Notes: generated by a model from the sequence alone, not told the origin. 64,000 nt of DNA from Tubulanus polymorphus (GCF_964204645.1 NC_134027.1:24824560-24888559), one strand, 5' to 3'. Shown: positions 10,869 to 24,200, numbered from the stretch's first letter. Numbers and translations are program-made.

Positions 10869-13800
10869 TGTATCCAGTAATGGCGACAACGGCGTTATCA
10901 GTATCGACGTGATAACTATTCCTCTGAGATAGATACTCCTCTTCCATCGGGTTCCACGATTCTAAAGCAGCTGAAATCACGAAATTCAATCGATTAAAAC
11001 TACAGGACAGCTTTCACAAATTTAAACAGGGGCCGACGAAGAACGAAAACGATTCTATGACACTTGGTAACATCGAACGTGGATTAACCCTTTCAGTGCA
11101 GACTAATTAATACATGAAAGCGCTGGAGATGATTTGAAAATTTAAAATAAGTCCACTCCAGAGTGTAGAATAATGAAAGTACCGCTTCATTGCGTCTACA
11201 CCGTGGTGCGGTGTATTTACTAATATTTCACTATGTTTGACAGATGCTGCCATCTTTCAATAGAGATAATAACATCAATACACCGGGATGCAGTGTACTA
11301 GCTAAGACTGTCACCGATTTATACACTGCACCGCAGTGTAGACGCACTAAAAGGGTTAAAGAGTTCAAATCGCAACCATCATAATCTCCCAAAAAGTATA
11401 GAAAACCAAACGTATAATTACCGAGTTCAGGGTCGTGTGGAGAATTGTTGTTATCCCCTCGATCGGCGTCGGTGGTCGTCGCGATCGTCAATTTCGCCAG
11501 TCCGAGTTTAACAAGTTCCGCGTTGATGAAAACATTTCGATTCGGTTCGAACAACGCGACACTCAACGGCTCGTGAACGATCGCGTCCTCGCCGGCGCCA
11601 TCTTCCATCAACTGCATTAACAAACAATCGTTATAACCGGTCAACGCTTCGAATTTCGCGACAGCGTCCGACGACCACTGCCCGGGCGCGGCGGTCGACG
11701 GCCGCACGTCCGACAGTCGACAGCGCACGGCCTGCGGCGACAAACGTAAAAACGCCGGACTCAACGGGAAAACGCGTTTCAGCGGCAGAGTCTCGCGATT
11801 GCCGTAATCGACGTAAAAAACATCGACGCGCGACCGATCTACGTCGATCGCCTCGACGACCGCGCGGTAGAACCCCTCGTCCAATGCGTACCACGCGCAG
11901 CAGACATCGCCGACGCCCGGCGCGTAGTCGGCCATGAATCGACCCATCATGTTCTCAACGTAGCGTTTGTAATATTTGTTGAGTTCTCGCTCGAGACGCG
12001 TCAGAACATGCGACGTATCCTTCTCGACGAGGTGTACGTAGAACTCCGACGGGTCGTAGATAAACGCCATCATTACCTGCGTCGCCGAATCACGCGCCAA
12101 CGCCAGGTCTCGTTTTTCCAGATTCGCGAATCGCGCGCCGATTCGTACGATCTGGGTATCCTCGGCTGCGATGACGGGATTCGGGGCATCTTCGCTCGGA
12201 GTTTCGTCCGTTTCTCGCGTGTCGTTCATCGACGATTCTTTCGTCGTCAACATCATGTCGATCGTTCCGCCGAAGCTGCTTAAACTCATCGCGTCGTCTG
12301 CGCCGGACAGGTGATCGTTCTCGTCGACAGCAGCAGACGGACAAGATTTATTGACAGCGGATGAACTGGCAGACGGACCAGATTTGTTGAAAGCAGACAG
12401 ATTAGTTTCATTGAAAGCAGACGGACTGGTTTCGTTGACAGCAGACGGACTGGTTTCGTCGACAGCAGACGTCTGTCCGTTCACGTCAACTGCAGACGGC
12501 TCCATCATGTCCGTGATTGTATCGACGCTCGTGTCGAAATCCCCGTTAAAGTAGGCCCGAATTTCCGTATTCGAAGCTCGACGTGCCAAACCGTGCTGCA
12601 CCAACACGTCGGCGATGCGTACGCGCGTGCCACTTCGATCGGTCGAGAACAGATCCAAGAAGATCGCGTGGCAGTTTTCGATCGTCGACAGCGTCGCTTG
12701 CAGAAATCGATCGGGGTCGTTGACGATCGTGTGAACTAGGAATAAACTCGCAGGTGTCCAGTCTCCTTCATCGGCGGGTAGGGCCTGAAAATTTAAGAGG
12801 TAAACGAACATGTTCGAAATTATCATTTTTTGAGGTGACTAAGACAAAACAAAAATTTGCTTACTTAAAGACCATCATTTCAAGTCATTTTTCATCATTA
12901 TTCAAAATTATTGCATTCCATACAATATTTTGACTTTCCAGCTGGAACCTCGTATGGGGGGGGGGGGTAATTAGCAAAGTACTTGCACTAATAGCGATTG
13001 TAGGATCATGAGCCATGAAAAATGAAGTTTTTACAGGGCAGGCACTTTTATTTGACTTTTCCCCGACTATTCCCTGACATGTTGTTTTGAGTTAACTCTG
13101 AGTTAAAATTAGTTCATTTCCAATGAGTTAACTCCGAGTCAAATCTTAATTCACAACTGTTGAACTGGAGCCAGGAGATACTTTTTTTAACACTTACACC
13201 GTCAAGAACGCAGAAGAACGCCTGACATGGCAACGATGCGAACTGAGATTCTAACGGACGCAGACGACTGCTGGGAATACGTTCGCTATTACCGAAATCG
13301 ACGTACAATACGTCTGCTTCCAACTGACCTTTCTCTGTAAAACAAGGTGATAACAAAATATTATCACAAACACATAATCATACAGCTAAGGAACTATGAT
13401 TCAGAATCAAATTTAACCCACAAAACTGTGGATCTGGATCCAGAGTCAAATTAAACCCACACAACTGCGGAACAGGATCCAGAGTAAAATAAAAACCCAC
13501 AGAACTGTGGAACTGGATCCAGAGTCAACTGAACCCATACAACTGCGGAACTATGATTCAGAATCAAATTAAACTCACAAAACTGATGAACTGGATCCAG
13601 TCAAATTCAACCCACAAAACTGCGGAACAGGATCCAGAGTCAAATAAAAACCCACACAACTGTGGAACTGGACCCATAGTCAAATAAAACTTACACAACT
13701 GTGGAACTAGATCCAGAGTCAAATAAAAACCCACACAACTGTGGAACTGGACCCATAGTCAAATAAAACCCACACAACTGTGGAACTAGATCCAGAGTCA

Positions 13801-16800
13801 AATTTAACCAGCACAACTGTGGAACTGGATCCAGAGTCAAATGAAACACTCATAACTGTAGAACTGGATACAAAGTCAAAATCTAACTGATAAAATTGTG
13901 GAACTGGCTGCAGAATAAAATCATTCCCACAAATGAAAATTTACCTTCCACAACGTTTTCAACTCGTGCCCGATACCAAGCGTTGTCGGCAGTGAAACAT
14001 CCACTCACAACCATACCAACCTTCGGTGGAAATGGTAAACCTCCTTTGGCACCTATTTTCCCGTAGTGGTAACTGAAAATAAAATCATTTTATTAAATTT
14101 CTAAACATTTTTTAGGAATATTTTTCCATATCATGGATTTCAGGAATGTGACCGAACTTGCTAACTATGAAAGGTTTTACTATTTAGGAGTTTTTAACGA
14201 ATCGAGGAGTCACAGGGACTACGTGACTACGTACCACATAGCCTCCTGTAACTTAGTCACTTTCAATTCGTCGGCTTGAATCCAGAACGACGACAACGTG
14301 TGCAGTATCGTAATCTTCACGTTAATCAGAGTGCCGTGAGTAAAACTGAGATTCTGAATCACCGGTCCGAGTCCGTAACTTTCCGCCGACAACGGAACCG
14401 ACGACGCCTGGCTCGACGCTCCGCCGCTGCTGCACCGACTCGTGCCCGGTTTTTTTCGACGGCTTTTCGGCGCGGGCGGGTACCGCGGTCTCGTCGGCAC
14501 GGCGGAGATTTTGTTTTCATCCTGGGTCGGCGGTTGGGTATCGGCTGCTGATGTCGAGACCTGCTGCGATGCGACCTGTTTTGACGCAACTTGTGGAGCT
14601 GCCACCTGTTTTGGAGCAGCCGGTGGTGTTGCTACCTTTTTTGACGCAATTGGTGGTGTTGCGACCTGTTTCGGTGGTGCAACTGGTGGCCTCCAATTGT
14701 CATCGACTAATTCGTGATTCGAATCGTCGATGACCAGCATTTCGCAATCGTTAAACTCTGTTTCGAGCTCGACGGAGCGACGCGATGCCGCGTTCGTCGC
14801 TCCCGGGTCGCAGGTTTTTTTCGTAAATGAATCGATCGAATCTCCCGCGCTCTCGACGACCACCGACGAATCGTCCAATAATGTCGACGACGCAATCGGG
14901 GTCGCCGACATCGGAGACATGACGGGATTCGTTTTTTCCACGCTGCGGATTCCTAAACTGGAACGGATGATACGATCGGCGGCGCTCACGTCGGTCAACG
15001 GTCGATGATGCTGAACACCATCCGACGAATTCCACGCATCCCAAACTTCAGGCGCTGGTCGTAAGTTATTGCGTGTGCATGATTTTCGCTCAGTCGATTT
15101 CTTATAGTTTTCAGCGCTCATCACCGATTCGGCGATATCCATTTTTTCATTTCGATTCTCCACCGATTCATTCACGGATTCAACCATCTTGAAATCTTTG
15201 CCAATTCTGTCCACTCTCCTTGGTTTGTCGACTGATCTTGATTCATCGACTGATCTTGATTCAATGGCTGATCTCGATTCATTGACTGATCTTGACTCAT
15301 TGACTGATTTTGATTCATCGACTGATCTCGATTCATCGACTGGTCTTGATTCATTCATTGAGCTTGATTCATTAACTGGTCTTGTTTCGTTCATTGATCT
15401 TGATTCATTGACTTGTCCCAAACCATCGACTGATCTCGAATAATTGACCTGTCCTGATTCATTGAATGATCTTGATTTATCGACTGATCTCAATTCATTG
15501 ACTGATCTTGATTCATCAACTGGTCTCGATTCATTGACTGATCTTGATTCATCAACTGGTTTTGATTCATGGACTCGATTTGATTCATCGACTGGTCTCG
15601 ATTCATCTACGGCTTCATTTTCCTGTTGTTTGCTGAAATCATCTGCAGTTTTCGAATTTGATTCACCGACGAATTTCATCGGCTGAATCTGCGAACCGGC
15701 CGTTACGTTTGAATCATTGCTTACAACCGACGATATCGACTGACTCTCTGTAGTGTAGTTCGTTTCCTTCGAATAATTCGAATCCGTTCGTTGTATTTTC
15801 GGCGTAGATTTCTGATCGTTCCTATCGTCGTCATCATCGTCTTCTCCATCTTCGTTTTCATCCTCGCTTGAATCATCGCTCGAATCTAAAATTGGGACGA
15901 ACAAAAACCAGATTTGAAACGGAGAATTTCAACGAATAAAATCTACACGAGCCGCGACAACATGCACAGCCACGCATTGCTTATAGACCACGCAAATCCA
16001 GAATTATGAAGACGTCCTTTGCTCTATATCAGGGTTCATCGTTCCCATGACCAATTTCATTTAAAGACTTGCAAGGATGTACAGTAAGTCGTGAGCTAGC
16101 GTACATCGACACATTCGAGCAACTTCATTGATGTACACTAGGCTTTAAAAGGTGAACAGAAAGTTGACGCCTCACTCAGTGGGGTCGGTTCCATATTCAG
16201 GGCTTAGACTTAAGACCGTTCAAAGAACAACTTAATTCTATAGCCAATCTTAAAACTTAAGACCAGTCTTTAGATTTACGACCAAATTTGGTCTTAAGTC
16301 TCGACTATGGAACCGGCCCCAGAATATGAAGTGGAAGGCCGATGCGCAACAATAACATTTTGCTGACCAGTGATTACATGGTGTTACACATTCTTTCTAA
16401 TGTCAACCCCTAGAACTCCAACTCCCAATGTTAGCTTATTGATATTTTAGCAGATTTCTTCGTTTTTCAAAATTACTCGCCATAGAATCATATAATCCTA
16501 CGCGTCGAATGATTTTATTCGCAATAGATTCTCGTGTTCATACCTCCATATCCCGGCAACTCGGCTTTAAACAGTATCAACATGTTCAAACATTTTTCTA
16601 ACGTCTGCATGACGTCGCCGTACTTGTGAAGGAATTTCGAGCGATCTTGTACGGACAGGAGTCCGTCAGCCGCTTCTTCAGCCTGAAATAAACAAAATAT
16701 AAAGCGTTCCTCTATAGAGGGAGAGTCATCTCATATCTGAGACTTACACTAACTTGCGCGCTTCACAGGGATTCAAAGCTGATGACATCGCGTGACTATG

Positions 16801-17374
16801 CCACATTCCCCCTAACTGGGATCTGAACATTCATTTTGAATCCCCGAGAAAAATATCAAAATAACTGACATGATTTCTAGTAATCTCAGGCATTCTCAGA
16901 GCATGAATTTTGTGGAATTAAAGCCTGTTCGGATATGGGTATATTTTTGAGACCCCCCCAAAGAAATCATGGAAAATAAGCAATCATTTTTATTACTGTA
17001 ACCGCTAACACTAGGCAACAGTGAAATGCCACCAATCATCAACAATAATGGTAACATGAATGAAGGTTTTACGAATATTCCGCGATCTTAGAAATTCATG
17101 GAAAAGAAGCAACTGTAAAGAGTAAAATCATCTGCTTGTTGGGATTTTCTATAGGTTCAGAATAGTTTTGCCCGTGTCCTGTGGCATGGTTGACGTGTTC
17201 TGTATCCACCCCTGTCCACTTAAGCTAAGAAGTGTCGCATTAAGCCAGCGATTACTTACATCGGACGTGATGTTATCCATAACATTCTGAATGGCATTTT
17301 TCTCTTCTCGGATGTTTTTGATTTTGTCCTGAACTCGTTGCCGGCAATCCAAAACTAATTTCTTCTTCGACGAC
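10869..17374 (-). CDS. Multi-Tudor-domain protein, Krimper/TDRD-like piRNA-pathway candidate; partial model with uncertain 5' start and 3' exons not found
   Basis: Phase-consistent GT-AG exons 17374-17260, 16682-16544, 15885-14235, 14072-13945, 13334-13198, 12784-11422 and 10970-10869. The N-terminus is helical/coiled-coil-like, followed by a long low-complexity linker. Extended Tudor 1: PKVGMVVSGCFTADNAWYRARV...VLYVDFGNSE. Extended Tudor 2: PGVGDVCCAWYALDEGFYRAVV...VFYVDYGNRE. Then WNPMEEEYLSQRNSYHVDTDNAVVAITGY, ending at a strong phase-1 donor. Confidence 0.88.
11088..11355. mobile_element. piggyBac-like MITE (268 bp) with TTAA target-site duplication
   Basis: TTAA|CCCTTTCAGTGC ... GCACTAAAAGGG|TTAA. 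It is homologous along its length to the copy at 17498-17781. Confidence 0.88.
13390..13930. repeat. 39-bp minisatellite family (CACAACTGTGGAACTGGATCCAGAGTCAAATTAAACCCA), ~13 copies, in a Tudor-gene intron
   Basis: Period of ~39-40 nt. The same unit occurs at 38530-39025 (inverted) and 44632-44935. Confidence 0.92.
15165..15612 (-). repeat. Coding 18-bp repeat (V[D/N]ESRS hexapeptide, >20 copies) in the large Tudor-gene exon
   Basis: The translation reads VDESRPVDESNRVHESKPVDESRSVNESRP... There are also 10-aa (KQVATPPxAx, ~14560-14690) and 8-aa (SAVNETSP, ~12330-12480) coding repeats. Confidence 0.9.
16181..16320. mobile_element. MITE family A (GGGGCCGGTTCCATAG-type termini, TTAAGACTGGTCTTAAG core), probably Harbinger-like
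   Basis: GGGGTCGGTTCCATA ... TATGGAACCGGCCCC imperfect TIRs. Further copies or fragments at ~32750-32875, 34050-34130, 35376-36005, 45520-45700, 47060-47150, 50485-50606, 58831-58966, 61770-61865 and 63311-63444. Confidence 0.8.
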
Positions 17375-17497
17375 CTGCGAATAAACATGACGGGATAAGG
17401 GTTACAACGATGATGAAGTAAATTTTCGTCCGGTGGAGGGCGACGCTTGTCTCCTAGTAATGATGGCTTTTCATTTTAGCACAGGCATAAGAATTAA

Positions 17498-17781
17498 CCC
17501 TTTAAGTGCTGACTAATTAATACCCTATAGTGCTGGAGATAATTTGAAATTTAAAAAAAAATTCCACCCTAGTGTGTTGAATATCGGGAATACCACTGTA
17601 GAGCATCTACACCGCAGTGCGGTGTATCGTTAGTTACTAGTATTTCACTATGTTTGACAGGTGGTGCCATTTTTCAAGAGAGATAATTACTAATTACTAA
17701 TTACATCAATGCAGTGCGGTGTACTAGCAAAATCTATCACTAATTTATACACCGCACTGCGATGTAGATGCACTGAAAGGG
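17498..17781. mobile_element. piggyBac-like MITE (284 bp) with TTAA target-site duplication, second copy
   Basis: TTAA|CCCTTTAAGTGC ... GCACTGAAAGGG|TTAA. Confidence 0.88.
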
Positions 17782-17960
17782 TTAACAGGGTTCATATTCA
17801 TAGAAACTACGGTTAAAGCTGGAATTGAACATACTGAGAAAACCCACTTTCAGCTGGTCCTTCTATGAAATAATCACTTGATTCCTACAAAACACTTAAC
17901 GCCTTGATACTTAATACCAGCTATCCCACCAGATGGCGTGACGAGCACTGAGTTTCCACA

Positions 17961-18168
17961 GTAGCTCAGTGAAATACTGTTGCATTCGCTTTCAGTACTG
18001 GATGACTAGTGGTTCAAGTCCTGCTGGCTGCTTACAGTCAGTGTGCGGGCCGAGAACACTTCAAGGGTCTTTGATCCTGTCTTGAGGTTAAATGAATAAT
18101 CCAATAGGGGTAGTCTCAGGAAAACAAGATCCAAACGACGTAAAACAAAAACAGGCAAAAAAACAAAC
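17961..18168 (+). mobile_element. tRNA-derived SINE
   Basis: A-box-like GTAGCTCAGTG (17961), B-box GGTTCAAGTCC (18011), body CTGCTGGCTGCTTACAG, and tail CAAGATCCAAACGACGTAAA plus an A/C-rich end. Homologous copy at 60187-60345; tails at 1684-1751 and ~63537-63590. Confidence 0.8.
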
Positions 18169-18442
18169 TTGCCACAGTAGCATTTGAGGTTCCCAATTCA
18201 ATATAGGTCATTTTTCGTGCAGCAGTGGTTTGCCGGTACAGGTGAACGATTTTTTCAACCGCCCACAGTAACCCGCAAGTAGTACCAGAATATAATCAAA
18301 ATGGCGGCTTTTTGAATTGCAGGATTACGGTATAGGGTTTACGGTCTACTGGGCCCAAAGGGTTAGGGTGAGGTTATGCATTATAATATGGTAGAGTTAT
18401 GATAAGGGAATAAGTATTGAAAATGACCGTGTTCTGCCAGTT

Positions 18443-18533
18443 GGCCTGTTAGCTCAGTCAGTACAGTAGGGTGTTGTTACGCTATAGGCCTAATAGTGCT
18501 CCGGTGCTAGCGTGTTCGAGTCTCAATTTTCGC
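18443..18533 (+). pseudogene. Degenerate tRNA-like sequence (tRNA-Ile-like pseudogene or SINE head)
   Basis: 5' end GGCCTGTTAGCTCAGTC and B-box GTTCGAGTC, but the acceptor stem does not pair. Confidence 0.4.
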
Positions 18534-21251
18534 AATACGATCGAAGTCCAGCGATTTTGCGTATGCGCATTGGGGAACCTAACCCTGAGCGGTAGAAAAA
18601 ATCGCTTACCCAGAGGAGGTACTGCGATGGAAGAGGAGGAGGGAAAACTGATCTGAAATTTTCACGGTCAGCTTAAACCGTTTTAGTTCACTTGTCATCT
18701 AATGACAAGCACCGCATTTACTACAAACTATTCCCTCAAAATCATCTAACGCTGAATGAAATTACGTACATTTAGATTTTATGCGTTTTTCGATTTTAGA
18801 AAGAATTTCAAGCTAACTTCATTTGACATCATTCAGCCGGAAACACGATTTAGCTCCACTTATAACGCGTGTATCGCGTATTCAGGTTGCGCGCTAATCG
18901 CCGGTCGTTGGACTCACTAATCGACGGTTATTGCCTCGGACTCGGCGATCGTCTGTGGATAGTAAATCGTGCCCCCGTTAATGGCTCAGTCATCGCCGGA
19001 CATAACGAACACAGGCGGCGTTGTTCGTTGAATGAAATTTAGGGCGAAATTTCAGAACTTGTTCCTGAATCTGCTGACTGGGAGTAAACAACCCTTTCTT
19101 GAATTTTACCAACCCAAGATCACTGGTATGCCTCAGTGGGCGCCGCGCCTCCCGGGGTTTCCGGTACTTAGATATATGGATGTTAATGATGAAAAAATGG
19201 ATCTCCAGGGACGAAAGGAAGATCAGATTTGATGAGGATAACTTTTTCAGATATTTTCGGTTTCTGCTAGGAATCAATTGTCGCGTACAAGAGCGGCGTA
19301 CCGGCAAACTCGGCATCCCGTACTGAACCAGACGATAGTACGGTTTCAACTACGAGCATCAACGCGGTGTCTAGACTAACAACGAGGGTGTTGGAAATCT
19401 AGCGAGAGTTGTAAGTGGTCCTGAATCAGAGGAATTTCGACTGAATAATTAACAAATTCAGTTTGAATTGGACCACTATCGTTGCGACTCAAAGAGGATT
19501 CAGATACCGCTTTCGAGATGCAAATTTATACATCTTTCCGATTGCAAAACATTTCATTTGAATGACACCTTTTACCAGATCAGAAAATGGCAAGGACGGA
19601 TTTAGGAGGTGATCTCGGGGTCCAGACCCCTCCTCTCCACAGAGGTTGCCTTTCCATCACGATAAAGATGGATTAAACCCACAAATCTGAGATTCAACCT
19701 CTCGGAATTCTTACGTATCTTGTATGTATTTGTTTATACCGAGCTTGGGACCCGGGAAAGTCCTTATTTCACATGACTGCTTTTTTTTCTCAAAAAATAC
19801 GTTTTACTCACTTCTATAGACACCAGCGCCTACCATCCTAGGTCCGCCAACCTCGGCTGGGTCGGAAAAGTTTTGCCGTTGGTGATTCTACACGAACAAC
19901 TCGAGTAGTATCTAGGCTAGAGAAATCCATCTCCGTCGTCAGGGATTTTGTCGGTTAGACTCAGACCCTATTTCGCTGTGTCAACTGGTCCCACGGTGTT
20001 AACCATTTTAACTGTTGTGATCAGATTAGAAGTGATGACCATTCACTGATTACGGCCTGTCATTCTCTATTTCTTTTAAGGCCATCACAAACAAAATAAA
20101 AACAGATCCGAGAATTGAAAACCATATAAAGCATTGAAGAAGAATGCAGGGTAATTAATATGTGAAATTTTGAATAACCATATTTCCGATATCCCCTATG
20201 TGTCCTTGTAATTGAAAACGTTATTGGTTTTTTCGTGGGTTTGGAGATGTCAATGAAAGTGCTTTTATTGACGAGACCAACTTAAACACAATCGTTAACA
20301 TATGAATTATTAAATAGAAAATGATGCCATTGGATAATCTTGCTGCGCAAAAGTTTCAAAAGTTTAAGTTCAGCAAGGTCTATGATGTAGAGGTTTCAAC
20401 TTGACTTCAGAGCACATCAGGTGGCCTAGCTCAGTCAGTCAAATCATGGAGTCTCTTTTCTCTCATGAACCCCTTTCAATGAAGACTTTTTGCCATCCCT
20501 CAATACAGCGAATAATGAATCAGAAAACGATGCTTCAGGTCAACTGCCAGTCCCTTCTGGTCCTGATGAGACTTTCATCAGGTAATGCACTACCAAAAAT
20601 GTGCGAGCTATGCTAGTTGAAATAGACATTAGGTCTGCCAGCAACTCACTGTGACGTCATGCTCCGATCCGCGAGACGAGTGACGCTAGCTGTCTAAACA
20701 ATCGCTGGCAGTTGCTGATCCTACTTTCCGTGATGTGACCGTCTCTCGCAGTCGCAACCGACCTACGCGCTCAGAACGCTACTATTTTCGGGGTCCCGGG
20801 CCTTCACATAATGAAGCTCATGCTAGCTACCGGTAAGTGTCGATCGCGTCACGGTCGACCTATGCGACCAGTTGCGGCCGATCGCGTCGCGTTGCAAGCA
20901 GTTGCGAGTCGACCTACATCCACCGGACTAGATTTAGCTTAATTTGATAAAGTTAATATTAACACCTTATGGTCGAATAAACCCACTACTCCATCAGGAA
21001 CCATGGATGGCCCGGTGTAACTCCCGGAAACCGGCCCGGTGTAACTCCCGGAATCCACGCACGGGTGTAAACATTGAACACATATGTGTCGAATTAAATA
21101 TTAAAACCATACAGTTTGTTTTTGTATTTGAACGCGCGACGAAATACGAATATTTAAACAGCCACAGAAAATTGACATTATGCGGAAAATTTTAGACTGG
21201 ATTCAGCGGTATTGATTCCAGTTGTGAGTTTTATTCAAACCACTACACACG

Positions 21252-24200
21252 ATGAACTTCATAATCACTAGAATCTCAATTATTGCATTTTACAGTTTCA
21301 TATTCAATATTTCAGGTATTTATGCATTTGTATTTTTGTTTTGTTACCGTATTTTTGGACGCCATAAAAATATTTCATATGAATTCCTACTCAGCATTAT
21401 CTAAGGGGTACTGCGCGAGTCGATGTGCACTACATCATCGAAATTGACGTTTAAGAATAATGATTACAAGTCTTGGCACTAAATTGGCTCTAATTTAGTG
21501 ATAAGATATATATTCCACGATTCTCTTTTTTCTATGTAATTGATGAATGATATTATAAATTGTGGTAAAATTTCGTCTGATAAAGGGTGGCGACGGTTTT
21601 GTACGAAAACGTATCGAGCCGATACAATATTTAAATCATATGTTTTATATTAAGAAATTTATTCTTTGAATAATCAAGACTAAAAGACAGCCGAATAAAC
21701 GTTATTGAATATTTCAATCAAGGATAATAAAATAATTCGACTTGGGATTGCCATAGCTTAACTTATATAACGGAAATTCTCCGAGACTTGGCCCTTACAA
21801 AATGACAAGTCGTCTTTTACAAGATGGGATTAAGGTAAATTGGTTCGTCGGGGCAAACCGAACTGCTTTGCATTATACGGTACAATATAATTTAAAATAA
21901 TTTAACGAAATGGAAACCTCGACATCTCCAGCTAAGCGGTTTTCGTAGTGATAATAATGATAATGATTATGATAATGTTTATTTTTGTATAAGTGTCAAG
22001 GTTCTTTTCGCCGACTCGCAATGCATAATACAGAGTAACAATAAGATTACAAGCATACGAAAATATACTGAACCATTACAACATTTTAATGATAAGTTTA
22101 ATTTAAAAAAGAATATTCCCGAGCGCCTCTAGTAGTTGCTCGGATGTTACTTTTCAGGGAGAGATGACTGATACACGAAATAGAGTTATAGGCTGGGGTA
22201 TTAATAAAACCAGATTTGGAGCGCATTTGAACTGGACTGCATTTACGATACCTGCACTACATAAATGACTTTTATTATCACTGTTACTAAACTTTAAGCC
22301 TTTTCTTAAAAAGCTTGTAGAAAACTTTACTATATTTCCAGCAACTAGCGCACGACAGAATTTAGCTTTAGGCAGACCTACTGAGCAATGCAGCACGAAT
22401 AATGACGCATCTTCATCGCGAGCTGTCGATGGAAAAACAGGGTCAGTTTGCGCGACGACAAGTCATTTCTGGGAAGGACCGGATCCTCACTGGTGGAAAG
22501 TGAGCCTAGATCGCGTGTATACTGTCACTAGTGTTATACTAATTAATGGCGCGGCGACTATGCGGGGTAATTAATTATTCATGTACCGTAAATGAATACC
22601 CCTGGGTCCAGTTTTATAGACTGGTATGAACTTTAACCCCGGGGATAACTCAACGGAAAATGAATTAAGTTAGCCCCCGGGTAAATACCAGTCTATGAAA
22701 CCGGCCCCAGGTTGTTACCGCTGTATCTAAGCTCTAAGTGCTTCAGTGAGTATGTATTGTGATTTCTATATTGTAGCGAGTAAACATTTGAAAGAATTCA
22801 AGATTCTGGTCACCACGGACGAGTCTCCACCAGCTATGAGCTTAACGAATATACCGCAGAATCTAATTTGTGCGGAACAGCAAACCCTTATGGGCCAATC
22901 GGAGGCGAAAGAATTCTTCTGTCCCAGTCACATGACCGGAAATACTGTTATTGTCACTAGACTGTTAGCACCATTTAGCGCTTTAGGCTTGTGTGAAGTG
23001 GAGGTTTACGGTAAGGAAAACTATATTCTGTATAAGCATGGACGTATAATCTAGTTTATACGTCCATGGTATAAGCACGGCGTTTTTGCACAGTCGGGTG
23101 GTCTTAAAGTCTTAATCCTTTCTCGGGTCACCCCTACGACGAGTCGGAACATTCGTCAGCGACCGATTAGTCATGATATGGATGACCTTCATTTGGTCAA
23201 GCGGGGTATTAGTCTGCTCGAGTCCCGCCTTAAGACTGATTTTGAGTTGTTACATCGACTGTAGAATTGAGACGACGATTTTGGACTATATCTTACGCAC
23301 ATCGACACTGCGATTGGAGACAACTAGTTGCAAGGCAGTTTTCGGCGCATGAGAGGAACTGGCTGGATACGATCAGTTGCTTGAACGTGTCGATGTGAGC
23401 GAGCTTACGATTGGTAAGCGTCGATCTATCTCCAGTTCCAGCCAGTTGCCCATGTTCTACTTTTGAGCAACTGGTTATCGCAGTCATATCCGTCGATGTG
23501 CGCGCTCTGGATCTCGACGATCGACACGCGCCATGCAGTTGCTGCAACTGACCGGTTGTAATTAGATTTCGATGTGCGCGGGGTAATCGTTCGGTAGCAA
23601 CTAGTTGTCTCCAATCGCAGTGTCGATGTGCGCTAGGCTTAAGCCATGGCTATGCATCTGACACGAGGACTTCTTTAAACAGAACCTTTTATAGAAAACT
23701 GAATTGATTTTCAGGATATACATTGACAACTACCACACTTCAACCAACCACTGTATCAAGTACCGCAGTACCCTCTACCACAGAGACTAGCACCAGTACC
23801 TCCGCACCTACGACCATACCCTCTACCACAGAGACTAGCACCAGTACCTCCGCACCTACGACCATACCCTCTACCACAGAGACTAGCACCAGTACCACCG
23901 CACCTACGACCGTACCCGCCACTACCACACAGACTAGCACCAGTACCACCGCACCTACGACCGTACCCGCCACAACCACACAGACTAGCACCAGTACCAC
24001 CGCACCTACGACCGTACCCTCTACCACACAGACTAGCACCAGTACCACTGTAAGTACCACAGTACCTTCTACTACAGAGACCAGCACCAGTACCACTGCA
24101 GGTACCACAGTGCCAAGAAACACTGCTGCCAAGACACCTACCACCGTAACCTTTACCAGGACCGCTGCAGGAACCACATTGCCAAGAAACACTGCTGCCA

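Noticed and set aside
11231-11421. C-terminal extension of the 531-aa ORF (NYTFGFLYFLG...)
   Set aside because: Read-through past the donor at 11421 into intron and MITE sequence. The spliced model continues in phase at 10970.
18355-18380. TTAGGG-like telomeric motif
   Set aside because: Only about two degenerate units; not an interstitial telomeric array.
18880-19420. GC-richer stretch with short plus-strand ORFs and AG acceptors, divergent from the Tudor gene
   Set aside because: I could not assemble a phase-consistent model or recognise a domain. It may be a lncRNA or a decayed gene, but this is unsupported.
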